A stretch of 64,000 nucleotides of DNA, from positions 3,452,550-3,516,549 of the forward strand of contig JAUPSS010000004.1 in NCBI GenBank assembly GCA_040285825.1, in the 5' to 3' direction. The notes beneath the pieces were generated by a model, which was not told the DNA's origin, did not search any database, and saw only the letters and a program-made list of their open reading frames with translations. Source of the stretch: Eukaryota sp. TZLM1-RC (Eukaryota > Protista > Metamonada: BaSk clade). Within the stretch, counting starts at the first letter, position 1, and the number at the start of each line of letters is the position of its first letter. Positions 13,805 to 23,852 of this stretch are shown piece by piece. A program made the translations under genes and the position numbers.

Positions 13805-14672
13805 ACAACTATATTCATTGAACATGCACACTTAATTAAATTAATTCATAACTAATGGGACGAAAATTATGAGCAAAGATTTCCTCTACGAAATCTCAAT
13901 CTGCATGATGTCAAGATAAGGCTTCTCTAATTCGATTGAAAAACCGTGGTAATCTATTAATAAAGGCAAATTGAATCCGAAAGCGTAATAGAAAAATATG
14001 AAATCTTTTGATTCCTTTTTTCTTGAACCATTTTTTGGATATCATTCAAAAAAGTTCCTGCTTCTACTGATAGTCTTCATTTGATCACAAATGGAAAAGC
14101 AATAAAAACAAGTGATCGATTTCTATCAGCGTTAGCTTCTTCGATATTTTTGTCATATTTTTTATGTCTTTTTTTAGCTTAAAGTTCAAGAGCACTTACG
14201 GGATTAAGTTTCCTTCTGTGATTCAGAGTATCATTTGCAACATTACATGAGACAAAGTCAACAACAGCTTCAAAGTTGTCAATCCAATCACAATATACAT
14301 CGCCTCTGTCATCAGAACCAAAATTATTCAATGACGGTGTTTCCTTCAGCAGGGGCTCTTTGATACACGATATCCTTGCAGTTTGTGCCATATTGAAAAC
14401 AGTGTCTCTAACAGCATCATGTATTGAAGAACTATAAGTTATCAATTTCGAACAATTCAGTGCATGTCGCAAAGTGAGCTGAGGTGAATTCGAACAAATA
14501 CATTTTTCTTTTGATAATAATTGATTAATGGGGATATTCAAATATAATCTCATTTTTGTTACAAATGCCTCATTAGTAGCACACAGTTCAAATCTTCGTG
14601 GTACAATGGTTACAAACAGTGAAGAATCTGATGACTTATTTTCACAAACACCTTTTTCCAATAACAATGAGT
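13805..14672 (-). mobile_element. Decayed 3' part of family B element
   Basis: ORF 14179-14679 matches 16800-17837; family B 3' UTR (GTCCCATTAGTTATG) present. Confidence 0.85.
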
Positions 14673-14789
14673 GCTTCATCCATTAAACAAAAATAGGTAC
14701 AAGGTCTATAATCTTCTGTACAATTCTGAAAGATGGCGTAGAATATAAAACTGATTAACAATTCATACTATAAATTACTTATTATTGCC

Positions 14790-15140
14790 AAATAATTGTA
14801 TTGCCAATTCAATTTTTCCTGGCCCTATGCATAATATTCGCTTTCGCAATTCGGGGGAATTAAGTCAAGTAAATCAACTAAAACCATTGTTCTCATTTGG
14901 TTAAAAATTCTGCAAAATTCAAAAGATGAAGATGTAAAGTTCGATCGAAAAATATGAGTGAATGTTCTCAAATGACAAATTGTCAGAAAGAGGTATTTCA
15001 ACTGTTTCATATATCAAGATCTGACAGAACTATCGATTCTTGTTGAAAAATCAACAGAAGAGTTGAAAGTGAACTTCCAACGTCATCAATTTTGCCTAAC
15101 TAACAACAGAAATAGAAATCATGATTACATCATAAATTAG
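14790..15140 (-). mobile_element. Highly decayed RT-thumb-region relic of an RLE element
   Basis: FTHIFRS..EFCRIFNQMRT resembles ITHILRS..DFCRSFNSLRT of family A. Confidence 0.5.
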
Positions 15141-15387
15141 CTGAGAATAGGAAAAAATTAGTATTGTTGACATTATAGATGGTTCAATTTTATTCAAATG
15201 AATTTTGATACAACTGAGTGTAAAAATGTAAGTTAAGTTTGAACAAGTTATATACTGTCAATAAAAAGTCGAATATATATCACTGTCGAAACAGAATCAC
15301 TGCATTTATAATTCCTCTGATGTTGGTATGCCTTCATCAGATACTGAAAACTATTAGGAAAACAACTAACATGTAATGAGAACACAT

Positions 15388-16039
15388 TTACTTCTTGGAC
15401 ATCTTCTTGACGTAGAAAGTGAGTTCATCTCCTTCAAGAATATAACCATCAGCACGGCCACATTGGCCTGGTCTGGAAGAGATACGAGCTAAGACACGAC
15501 CAGACAACATTTGGTCGGCAACTTGGGAATCGATTTTGCCAATGTTTCTGAGGTTTTGTTCTTGTTCCTTGGTGAGATTTGATGGGGCTTCAGTAGAAGT
15601 GGCCTTGACTGGGACACCGTAGTAGTTTTCGAACCATTGACGGAAAGGAGTAGCATCAATAGAGACAATGGCTCCCTTGACAAGAGTCTTGGTACGGGTA
15701 AGTTCGTTGTTGGATGCATTATACACAACATCTAAGATACGGGTCTTACGAGTAGAGCACTCTGATCCCCAGCAGAAGTTACCGGTGTTTAATCGGAGAG
15801 CACGTAATTTAGTGTTTCCTCCACGGACACGGACAACACGAATACGCTTATCGGCGTCTTTACCGACAGTGAGCTTAGTCATGGCGGCTTGACGGGCAAT
15901 TTGGTAGGCACGCTTCTTACGCCATTGCTTACGGAGACCTCCAGTAGCTTTTCTCTTGTGATCAGTATCTCGGGAAACACCTGTTGTTAGGATCTATAAA
16001 GAGAAAAGAAATGTCATCATAGGAGTTACACATACTCAT
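15388..16039 (-). CDS. RPS8: 40S ribosomal protein S8 (eS8), 198 aa; exons 16036-16039 and 15388-15980
   Basis: [14 protein letters not shown] and [17 protein letters not shown]; splicing yields [16 protein letters not shown]. Confidence 0.97.
15981..16035 (-). other. 55-nt spliceosomal intron of RPS8 (GTATGT...CCTAACAACAG)
   Basis: Removal joins ATGA to GT-GTT-TCC-CGA and restores the conserved N-terminus in frame. Confidence 0.92.
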
Positions 16040-16244
16040 TGATAAAAGGCAGGAGTGAAAAAAGGAGGTTCAAAGAAAGGAAAATTCCTCTCTCTCATTC
16101 ACTCTCCCTCCCACTGTTCAATATAGAAAATGTTATTCAAATGGTTGATACAGAACATTAGTAACAAATATGGATTTATAATAACACTATTAAAATTAAT
16201 TATGAAATAAATTTTAAACAATTGACAAATATGGGAGCAATGTC

Positions 16245-16682
16245 CTAATCTGAGTCTGATGCACAGAAAAATGACGTTCTATTTGGGTTGGGGTTTTCCC
16301 AAAGATCTTGGTCCGAATCCGAATCGCTTTGACAAAGAGTATTCATCCACACATCTGGCAGAATGTTCTCTGATATCATCTCCTCGATATGTTCATCAAC
16401 AAGAACATGCTCTATAATGCCATGTACATTGGCGTTATCTACTTCTTCAGCGGGCAACAACCGCACTGCACAAAAGGTCCCACGTCTCAACCAAAGAAGC
16501 TTTGAAAACTTGCTGGGAAGCAATACTACTATAGGTGTATTTGAATTTGGTGACATCTGAGCTTTGAATAAGTTACCACCAGTGGCTGATACAATTTGTA
16601 CTATGGTATGATCCTCAGTCAAAAAGTCTGTGACTGGAGCGGTTTCTAACAGTTCATGGATATGTTTTCGGGCATGACTCAT
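16245..16682 (-). CDS. EIF1AD: Probable RNA-binding protein EIF1AD (eIF1A-like OB fold), 145 aa
   Basis: RKH, IVQIVSATGGNLF, LPSKF..LWLRRG and NPNR motifs with acidic tail; ATG at 16682. Confidence 0.85.
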   Translation of the reverse strand: MSHARKHIHELLETAPVTDFLTEDHTIVQIVSATGGNLFKAQMSPNSNTPIVVLLPSKFSKLLWLRRGTFCAVRLLPAEEVDNANVHGIIEHVLVDEHIEEMISENILPDVWMNTLCQSDSDSDQDLWENPNPNRTSFFCASDSD

Positions 16683-16782
16683 GTAATAAAAATTTGTGAA
16701 GAAACACAAAAAAGGGATTAGGTAGGGATTAGGTTGAGAAGGGAAAAGAAAAGGGATTAGTCTATGTATTAGTATTCAGCAT

Positions 16783-17900
16783 TTGATTGGGAAGATTTAT
16801 TGATGACAACGCAAAGTTCCACTGTTTTTGCATTAAATGAAGAAATTTCAAGAATTGATGTGGAAAAATGGGGTCGATGTTTTCCCCAATCATTCAATGG
16901 CAATATTCCAGAAAAAAATGTTTTAAATTTGAAGTACACCCTTCGAACATTACAGAAAAGATTGACTGGAATGTATGAAAAAGATCTTTATAATAATATA
17001 TGCAGCTCGGCTGTTTTAAATCAAGATCTTCACTCATTGTTATTGGAAAAGGGTGTTTGTGAAAACAAGTCGTCAGCTTCTTCACTTTTTGTAACCATTG
17101 TACCACGAAGATTTGGATTGTTTGCCACTAATGAAGCATTTGTAACAAAAATGAGATTATATTTGAACATCCCCATTAACCAATTATTATCAAAAGAAAA
17201 ATGTATTTGTTCGAATTCACCTCAACTCACTTTGCACCATGCTCTGGATTGCTCTAAATTGATAACTTATCGTTCTTCATTACATGATGCTGTTAGAGAC
17301 ACTGTTTTCAATATGGCACAAACTGCAAGGATATCGTGTATCAAAGAGCCCCTGCTGAAGGAAACACTTTCTCTGAATAATTTTGGTTCTGATGATAGAG
17401 GTGATGTATACTGTGATTGGATTGATAATTCTGAAGCTATTGTTGACTTTGTCTCATGTAATGTTGCAAATGATAGTTTGGTTCACAGAAGAAAACTTAA
17501 TCCGGTGGCTGCTCTGGATTTTAAAGCAAAAGCGAAACATAGAAAATATGATAAAGATATTGAAGAGGCAAATGTCGATAGAAATACACAGCTGGTTTTT
17601 ATTGCTTTCCCATTTTCGATAAATGGTAGATTATCAGTCGAAGCAGAAACTTTTTTGGATGACTTCCAAAAAATGGTGCAAGAAAAAACAATGAAAAGAT
17701 TTGATATTTTTTTATGGCGTTCACGGATTCAATTTGCCATTATTAATAGATTACCGCGGTTTTTCAATCGAATTAGAGACGCTTTAGCTAGACAGCAAGC
17801 AAATCAAGATTTTGTAGAGGAAATCTTGGTTCAATGATAGTCGTCCCATTAGTTATGATTTAATTTAATTAAGTGTGCAAATTCAATAAATTCATCAAGA
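16783..17900 (+). mobile_element. 5'-truncated family B RLE element; open 345-aa Zn finger + RLE ORF (16800-17837)
   Basis: CIC..HALDC, HDAVRD, RGD, KHRKY; TSD TATTCAGCAT at 16773-16782 and 17901-17910. Confidence 0.9.
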
Positions 17901-17946
17901 TATTCAGCATAAAATTCAACCACAGAAAATTGATTTCAATCAACTT

Positions 17947-20900
17947 ATGATATGTGTGCCATTCGAGCTTGGAGAGTCACACTTCTCTGATGTCTCTGCA
18001 CTTCATTGGATACCAGATGCTTCTCAGTTGGTGGTCGCTGTGTCCCATGATGTCCATCTTTTGTCATTGCCTGCAAAAGACTCAACCAAATGTTGCTCAA
18101 CATCGGATACAGTACTCTTTATTTCTTCACAAGCTAATAACTCCTTCACTTGTTCATTATCCAATGGTTCTTCTCATACATATAACCTCTTCAATTCTTC
18201 TTCAGACACTTCACTACCCTCGCAGTCACTCTCTCAACAGTTTCACCAAGCTCTAACGCTACCCAATGGCACTTCTATATTTCTCTCCTCCAACAAAACT
18301 TTTTCAATCAGACCTGATCTTGTACTACATCTTAAACTTCACACTAAATCAACTGCTCTTATTGCCTCTTTTGGGGACCTCCTCCTTTCTTCCTCTTCTA
18401 ATGGTACAGTCCGTTGCTGGGATCCCTCTTGCCTCACCTCATCTCGACCATCTCCTCTGTTCTCATTCAGAAGCAAGGAAATCTGGAAGTTAGGCAGAAC
18501 TGCCAGGATCTCAAGTATGGTCGCCTTTCCTTGCATGGAAGAGAATGAACATGGGCTTATTGGTGTAATAGGTGTCTCTTTTGGATCTTCTCTTTGTGTT
18601 TTCGGGGTTGATCAGAGTTTCTCCACAAAATCATTAATCAACATTCCCTGTATAAAACCTATATCTACAATATTAATTTCAAATCATTTTTATTTAAATT
18701 CTTTTTTGATTTGGGTTTGTTTTGATTCAGACTGTGAAATTTTTTTGCTTAATCCCAACAAACCTTTTGAATTATTGGAATTCTTCTCATTCAAGACCAA
18801 AAACACTATTAAACAACTTTATTTTTCTCCAAGTTCATCATTTATTGCGGCAATTGAGGGTAGTTCTAACACGTTAAGTATTTATAAATACTGTTTTTCA
18901 TTACCCTTTACCCGATTAAACATGCCTTTTTTAGATGAAATAGGCAAGAGGCCACAATCACTTGTGATTGATGGACAGTCGACAATCATTTTGAACGGCA
19001 ACCTTGTGACTTTTGGCCTAGATCGTTCTAGTAAAATATCAACCCAATCATTATCGTTTTTAAAAGAAAAGGATAATTTAATAGGAATTAAGGAGTATTT
19101 AATTAATTCAACTGACAAACACTTTGTCTTTGCTTTTATCTATAGCAATCAAACCCAATCAGTTGCTGTTTTTTCCCAACCCGGTTATGAACTGATTTCA
19201 GAAGTCACCGGAAGTCAAGCGGTTCTGATCAATAATAATTTTTTCCATTTATTTAAAGACTCATTTATTTATTGTCATAATATATCCAATTCCCCTTCTG
19301 TTTTATGGGAAATGAATATTACTTCTCTGATTGGAAGTAATTTTGACAATCTTGAATTGCTCAGTTCCAATTCTCACTTATCTAGTTATTTTCTCACTGT
19401 TTCTGGTAATTTATTTACATTTTATCAATTGAATTATGATGAAGAAAATTCCCGTGTTTCACACTGTTCTTTTAATTGTGAATCTAAATTATTTATTGAT
19501 ACTGATAATGTTTGTTTGTTTTGGAATGGTCTAAATTTCTGTTGCTTGGTGCTTGATTGTTCTCTGGTAGTTTTTGACTGTCGATCTGAATCAATCAAAC
19601 TAATCAATCAGATCGACCTTCCTGGTCAAATAGAATATGTTTTCTTTTCTAATCATTTACTTCTATGCCAAGCCGATTTTTGTCTTTATAGAATTGATTT
19701 AGTTTCTGATCGATATTCATTTGTTCAACATTTATCATGTGGCAAAGTTATTGCCACTCTCCATGATCGAATAATCAGCATTTCGAATTGTTTTATTTCC
19801 TCAAATATTAATAATGAATTTAAATTTAATTTATCAACATTTCCACTAGTCACTGAGCTTTTGTTGAGCTCTTTTAGTCACTCTGACCAAATTTCGGAAC
19901 AAATTTTGGTTAATATTCCTGGTATTGAGAAGATTTCACCATCAAAAGCAGTCAAAGTTGCTCTTCATTGCTGCTATCACAATCATTTTCAAATAGCATG
20001 TAGCCTTATTTCTCAGCTACTAACAAGTAATTCATGGATAGACAACAATGCTGAACTTCTGAATGATTTTATTCAAGTGCTGGTTTATTGTAAACAGATC
20101 AAAACTGCATTGACTTTTTTGATTGGTCTTCCATTTTCAATCAATAATGACCTTTATAATTCTTTAATTTCACAAATTTTGCATGAATCTTTTAAATCAA
20201 ATTCATTATTTATTTCTGTGTTCTGTCTTGGATTACTTTCAAATATTGATGGTTTATTGAGTTTATTAATTTATGTAAATAATGATTCTATTAAATCATT
20301 AATTCATTATTTTCTCACCAAGAATGACGACAGACAGGATGTAACTGAACTATTTGAATTTATTGAACTACCAACCAATGCTCCTCGTATATCAAATGAT
20401 TTTGACTTCCTTCCTATTTTGGAAACTGACCCCCATCTCGAAACAATCACTTGCCAGTCACTTTCCTCCCAAATTACCCATCAATCCAAACCACTCAAAA
20501 CGTTTATGGACACCGTCTCCATCACTTTCGACGCCCCTTCATGTCTTCCCGTCTTCCGTGTGGATAACGAAGGCAGGGAGCTTGACCCATTAGGGTGCAT
20601 CAAGTTGGAGGCTGAAGAAAGTGAATCTGACGATGAAGAGCAAGAAGAAGATGGGTCTATAATTCAAGTTGTTATCGCTAAACATAGTAGTGATGAAGAT
20701 CTTGATTATGATGACTTCAGCTTAGATGCAGCTCCTCCAACCAGATCTCCAGCTGCCAATCCCAGTTCTAGTTCGTCCAAGTCTCTTACGACAGCAGCTG
20801 ATGGTTACTTCACGAAAGCATTGGGTTTATTGGAGAAGGGTAGATTCAAGCAGGCGTTACTTGAGATAAAGGCTGGTTTTGGTAATCTTTCCAGAGACAA

Positions 20901-21432
20901 TATTGTTCATTTTCAGTCTTACAGTTTATATTTTGTGGTTTTAACTTTACTAAATGTGATTTCTCCCAAATCAAGTCATTTTCTTTATCATTCTTGTATA
21001 GCGGCCATCCCCAATATCGAAGCCAAGCATAGATCTGTCCTTTGTGCTATTGCTGCTAAAAAGCTTGAAAAGACTCATTTGGAGTTGAGCAAATGTTTTG
21101 CTCGTAAAGCTCTCGATCTAAGCGTCAATAAGCAAGCTAATTTCGTTTCTGATTGTCAGCGTATCATCAATAAAAGTAATAATGAATTTAATAATAATGA
21201 ATTGATTAACAATTCCCAAGCCGATAGTTTCCTACAGTGTCCAAGATGTTCTTCTTCCTTGGAGTTTTCAGTTTCCCGTTTCGGTTACTGCTCTGATTGT
21301 CTTGATTATGTTATAGTGTGTGTTTCAAAACTTTGTCTAGTTTTAGAGTCTGATGTAGCTTTTGTTTGTCGATTCTGTGGCAGTTCATATAGTACTGTTC
21401 CTAATAAGTGCATTTGTTGTGCAATGTCTTAG
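17947..21432 (+). CDS. 1161-aa beta-propeller + solenoid + Cys-rich C-terminal coat protein; probable TSET subunit TWD40-1/TTRAY1 (alpha-COP-like C-terminus)
   Basis: WD-like repeat (GTVRCWD), acidic linker, F..AL..LE...F..AL, IEAKHR, terminal CRFCGSSY...CICCAM. Confidence 0.65.
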   Translation: MICVPFELGESHFSDVSALHWIPDASQLVVAVSHDVHLLSLPAKDSTKCCSTSDTVLFISSQANNSFTCSLSNGSSHTYNLFNSSSDTSLPSQSLSQQFHQALTLPNGTSIFLSSNKTFSIRPDLVLHLKLHTKSTALIASFGDLLLSSSSNGTVRCWDPSCLTSSRPSPLFSFRSKEIWKLGRTARISSMVAFPCMEENEHGLIGVIGVSFGSSLCVFGVDQSFSTKSLINIPCIKPISTILISNHFYLNSFLIWVCFDSDCEIFLLNPNKPFELLEFFSFKTKNTIKQLYFSPSSSFIAAIEGSSNTLSIYKYCFSLPFTRLNMPFLDEIGKRPQSLVIDGQSTIILNGNLVTFGLDRSSKISTQSLSFLKEKDNLIGIKEYLINSTDKHFVFAFIYSNQTQSVAVFSQPGYELISEVTGSQAVLINNNFFHLFKDSFIYCHNISNSPSVLWEMNITSLIGSNFDNLELLSSNSHLSSYFLTVSGNLFTFYQLNYDEENSRVSHCSFNCESKLFIDTDNVCLFWNGLNFCCLVLDCSLVVFDCRSESIKLINQIDLPGQIEYVFFSNHLLLCQADFCLYRIDLVSDRYSFVQHLSCGKVIATLHDRIISISNCFISSNINNEFKFNLSTFPLVTELLLSSFSHSDQISEQILVNIPGIEKISPSKAVKVALHCCYHNHFQIACSLISQLLTSNSWIDNNAELLNDFIQVLVYCKQIKTALTFLIGLPFSINNDLYNSLISQILHESFKSNSLFISVFCLGLLSNIDGLLSLLIYVNNDSIKSLIHYFLTKNDDRQDVTELFEFIELPTNAPRISNDFDFLPILETDPHLETITCQSLSSQITHQSKPLKTFMDTVSITFDAPSCLPVFRVDNEGRELDPLGCIKLEAEESESDDEEQEEDGSIIQVVIAKHSSDEDLDYDDFSLDAAPPTRSPAANPSSSSSKSLTTAADGYFTKALGLLEKGRFKQALLEIKAGFGNLSRDNIVHFQSYSLYFVVLTLLNVISPKSSHFLYHSCIAAIPNIEAKHRSVLCAIAAKKLEKTHLELSKCFARKALDLSVNKQANFVSDCQRIINKSNNEFNNNELINNSQADSFLQCPRCSSSLEFSVSRFGYCSDCLDYVIVCVSKLCLVLESDVAFVCRFCGSSYSTVPNKCICCAMS

Positions 21433-21502
21433 TTTTTGTAAATATTTTATTACAATTTATTAAACATTTATTTCAATTTTATTAAAACACATTTACCCCA
21501 TC

Positions 21503-21973
21503 CTATTTGTTTTCGAGTTCTACCAATTCAGTAATGACCATTAAATATTGATGCAACAAACTAAGTAGAGGGTCATCAAAAACACCAGTTTGAAGTGATC
21601 CATGATGGATAAACGGTAAAATTCTAATCATAAGTTCTTCATTTAAATTATTTGGTTTAACAGTACTGATTTGGTCAATAAATCTTTGAGTTACCATTTG
21701 CTCATTGTTTTGCACGTGAATGACAAGCTGGACGTAACTTGTAGAAGGTGCATTCAAGAGCTTTTCAACTAATTTGCTTACATTCAAATCTTGATGAAAT
21801 ATCAAGAGTCCCAAAGCAGACATTAATAAAGTTATATTAAGAGGAGCAAATTCAAAAGCATATCCAGCAAGCGCTAGTAGATCATTCGAAGAAATCTGTT
21901 TCAACTTAGTCAACAAATATTTTCGCTTTAAAGACAGCAAATGCAACCGTGTTCCAGGTATTAAACAAGGCAT
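21503..21973 (-). CDS. Hypothetical protein, 156 aa
   Basis: ATG-initiated ORF convergent with the WD40 gene, AATAAA downstream; no recognisable domain. Confidence 0.5.
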   Translation of the reverse strand: MPCLIPGTRLHLLSLKRKYLLTKLKQISSNDLLALAGYAFEFAPLNITLLMSALGLLIFHQDLNVSKLVEKLLNAPSTSYVQLVIHVQNNEQMVTQRFIDQISTVKPNNLNEELMIRILPFIHHGSLQTGVFDDPLLSLLHQYLMVITELVELENK

Positions 21974-22240
21974 AGAAAAACTACCAAGGTGACATTAGTA
22001 GAACGAGATAAACAACATTAGTAGAGTCAGTAATTTATAACAAAATTTAGTACTTTTTTGGTATTAATTAACACCAAAAAACCAAACATTAGTAGAGTTT
22101 TAAATAAAACAGGGATTGAATGTAAGTACTAGTAATTCGTTGGTTGGCTTTTCAAGTGCAGATTGTAATTGAAATGTTAATAAATCTTATAATAATTTAA
22201 TTTAAAAAACCACAAAAAACCAAAAAAAAGAGTTTATTGA

Positions 22241-23437
22241 CTAATAATCATCGCCTCTGGTTAAAATTTCTTTATAACCATGACCAATATAAACTGTATG
22301 TTCAAATTGAGCAACATAGCTACCAACAACATCAGATAATGGTGGATATTCATTCACAATCCCCTTATTAACAAGAGTCCTTAAAGCCAAAAGATAACTT
22401 TTTCCTTTAAGCGGTTTTAAAGCATCAACCCATCTCTTTGACCAAGCCAAAGTTCCAAAATTAGTCTTGATGCACCTCAAAAGAGCCCTTGCGTTGGCAT
22501 TAAGTTCCTGGAAAGGAGCGTCAGGATTCAACATGTAATGTGAACATTCTCCGTCGTCAACCACTCTTCCCTTTCCAGTAGAGGCAAAGGTTTCAAGAGC
22601 ATAAAACTCCCCTTCCTTCATCCTGGTGGGTTCAGAACACTTTACGATAGGGACGCTTCTGCCACCATGCACCCTGTAGTCATCAACGGAATGACCAGAG
22701 AGGTTCCTTATAGGCACACATTGCTTGATTTGACCATTGATTTCAACTTCATAACTTTCAATTGCTTCTTGTACAGCAGCACCAATTTCAGAGAACCTAG
22801 CATCCACTCCTGCCTCACGGAGAGCGGCTTCTGTACCAGCCTTGGCAGCATCCAAGAGAGGATTGAATTTAGGATCAAAACAAATCGTATGAGCACTATC
22901 AATTACATTTCCATTTGAATGCAGTCCAAAGTCGACCTTTACCACGTCTTCCTTCTTGATAACCCGGACATCACCCTTATTAGGAGTCCAATGAGCAGCA
23001 CAATTGTTGACAGATACTCCACAAGGGAAGGAAAGGCCTGCTTCAAGACCGTTGGCTTCGATCAATCTTTTGTTACACTGATCAATTAGATCAACTAGAT
23101 CGGAGTAGAGCATTCCAGGACGTATGACTGATTGAGCAAATCGACGGGTTTGACGGTGCACTTCAGCACCCTTGCGGAAGTGTTGTAGCTTTTCTTCAGG
23201 TGTGGAAGAGAGCAGTTTAGAGGCGGTATCTTGTGGAGAGGTTGTGGTTGTGGATACGATTTCACCTTGTCTTAATTTGTTCTTAAACTGTTGAGAGACA
23301 GGCGTTTGAGGACCAAGAGGGTAATTGGATAAATCGAACTGATTTTCAACAGGAGTTGTCCAGTGTTCTGGCTCGAGCTGTGTTCTGGAGCCAAGATAAA
23401 TAGGAATTTTAGGGAGAGATAGGTAGGAAGATGACAT
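22241..23437 (-). CDS. METAP2: Methionine aminopeptidase 2, 398 aa
   Basis: AAHWTPN, KVDFG, IDSA, NLSGH, ALETF, AQFEHT and terminal RGDDY. Confidence 0.97.
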   Translation of the reverse strand: MSSSYLSLPKIPIYLGSRTQLEPEHWTTPVENQFDLSNYPLGPQTPVSQQFKNKLRQGEIVSTTTTSPQDTASKLLSSTPEEKLQHFRKGAEVHRQTRRFAQSVIRPGMLYSDLVDLIDQCNKRLIEANGLEAGLSFPCGVSVNNCAAHWTPNKGDVRVIKKEDVVKVDFGLHSNGNVIDSAHTICFDPKFNPLLDAAKAGTEAALREAGVDARFSEIGAAVQEAIESYEVEINGQIKQCVPIRNLSGHSVDDYRVHGGRSVPIVKCSEPTRMKEGEFYALETFASTGKGRVVDDGECSHYMLNPDAPFQELNANARALLRCIKTNFGTLAWSKRWVDALKPLKGKSYLLALRTLVNKGIVNEYPPLSDVVGSYVAQFEHTVYIGHGYKEILTRGDDY

Positions 23438-23852
23438 TAGCCAATTGATTAATAAATCAAGTTTTCCACGCTTGTTTTTTTCTTATTTTTTTATTTTGAA
23501 ACGCAAACCAAATAATCACTAACACAATCTCAATGATATTCACTGTTCCACACTTGTTTGGTAGTCCAAATCGGAGTTATGTTTAGTATTTCAGCACAGT
23601 GCAACTTCCTATGACATGATTAGCCTCAACAAAAAGCATTTGATCACAATTTTTTGGTGCAGTATCCATGGCGCTTTTTTGAATTACTTGCCAGAATTGT
23701 TACCTTATTTTCAAACAACGTATTGCACATATTCTGATTTGCATTTTGCTGATTCTGTTTGAAAATCATCAAGCGGTGTTGAGCATGGAGATCCTTCAGT
23801 ACCTCTTCTGTTTTGTCTGGCCATTCATCCAATTTGATTACAAATTCAAGCA

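Noticed and set aside
15981-16035. Box C/D snoRNA in the RPS8 intron (ATGATGA present)
   Set aside because: No box D (CTGA) in the intron, and 55 nt is too short.
16713-16760. Interstitial telomeric repeat
   Set aside because: Only two tandem units plus one partial, with no array; telomere unit of the organism unknown.
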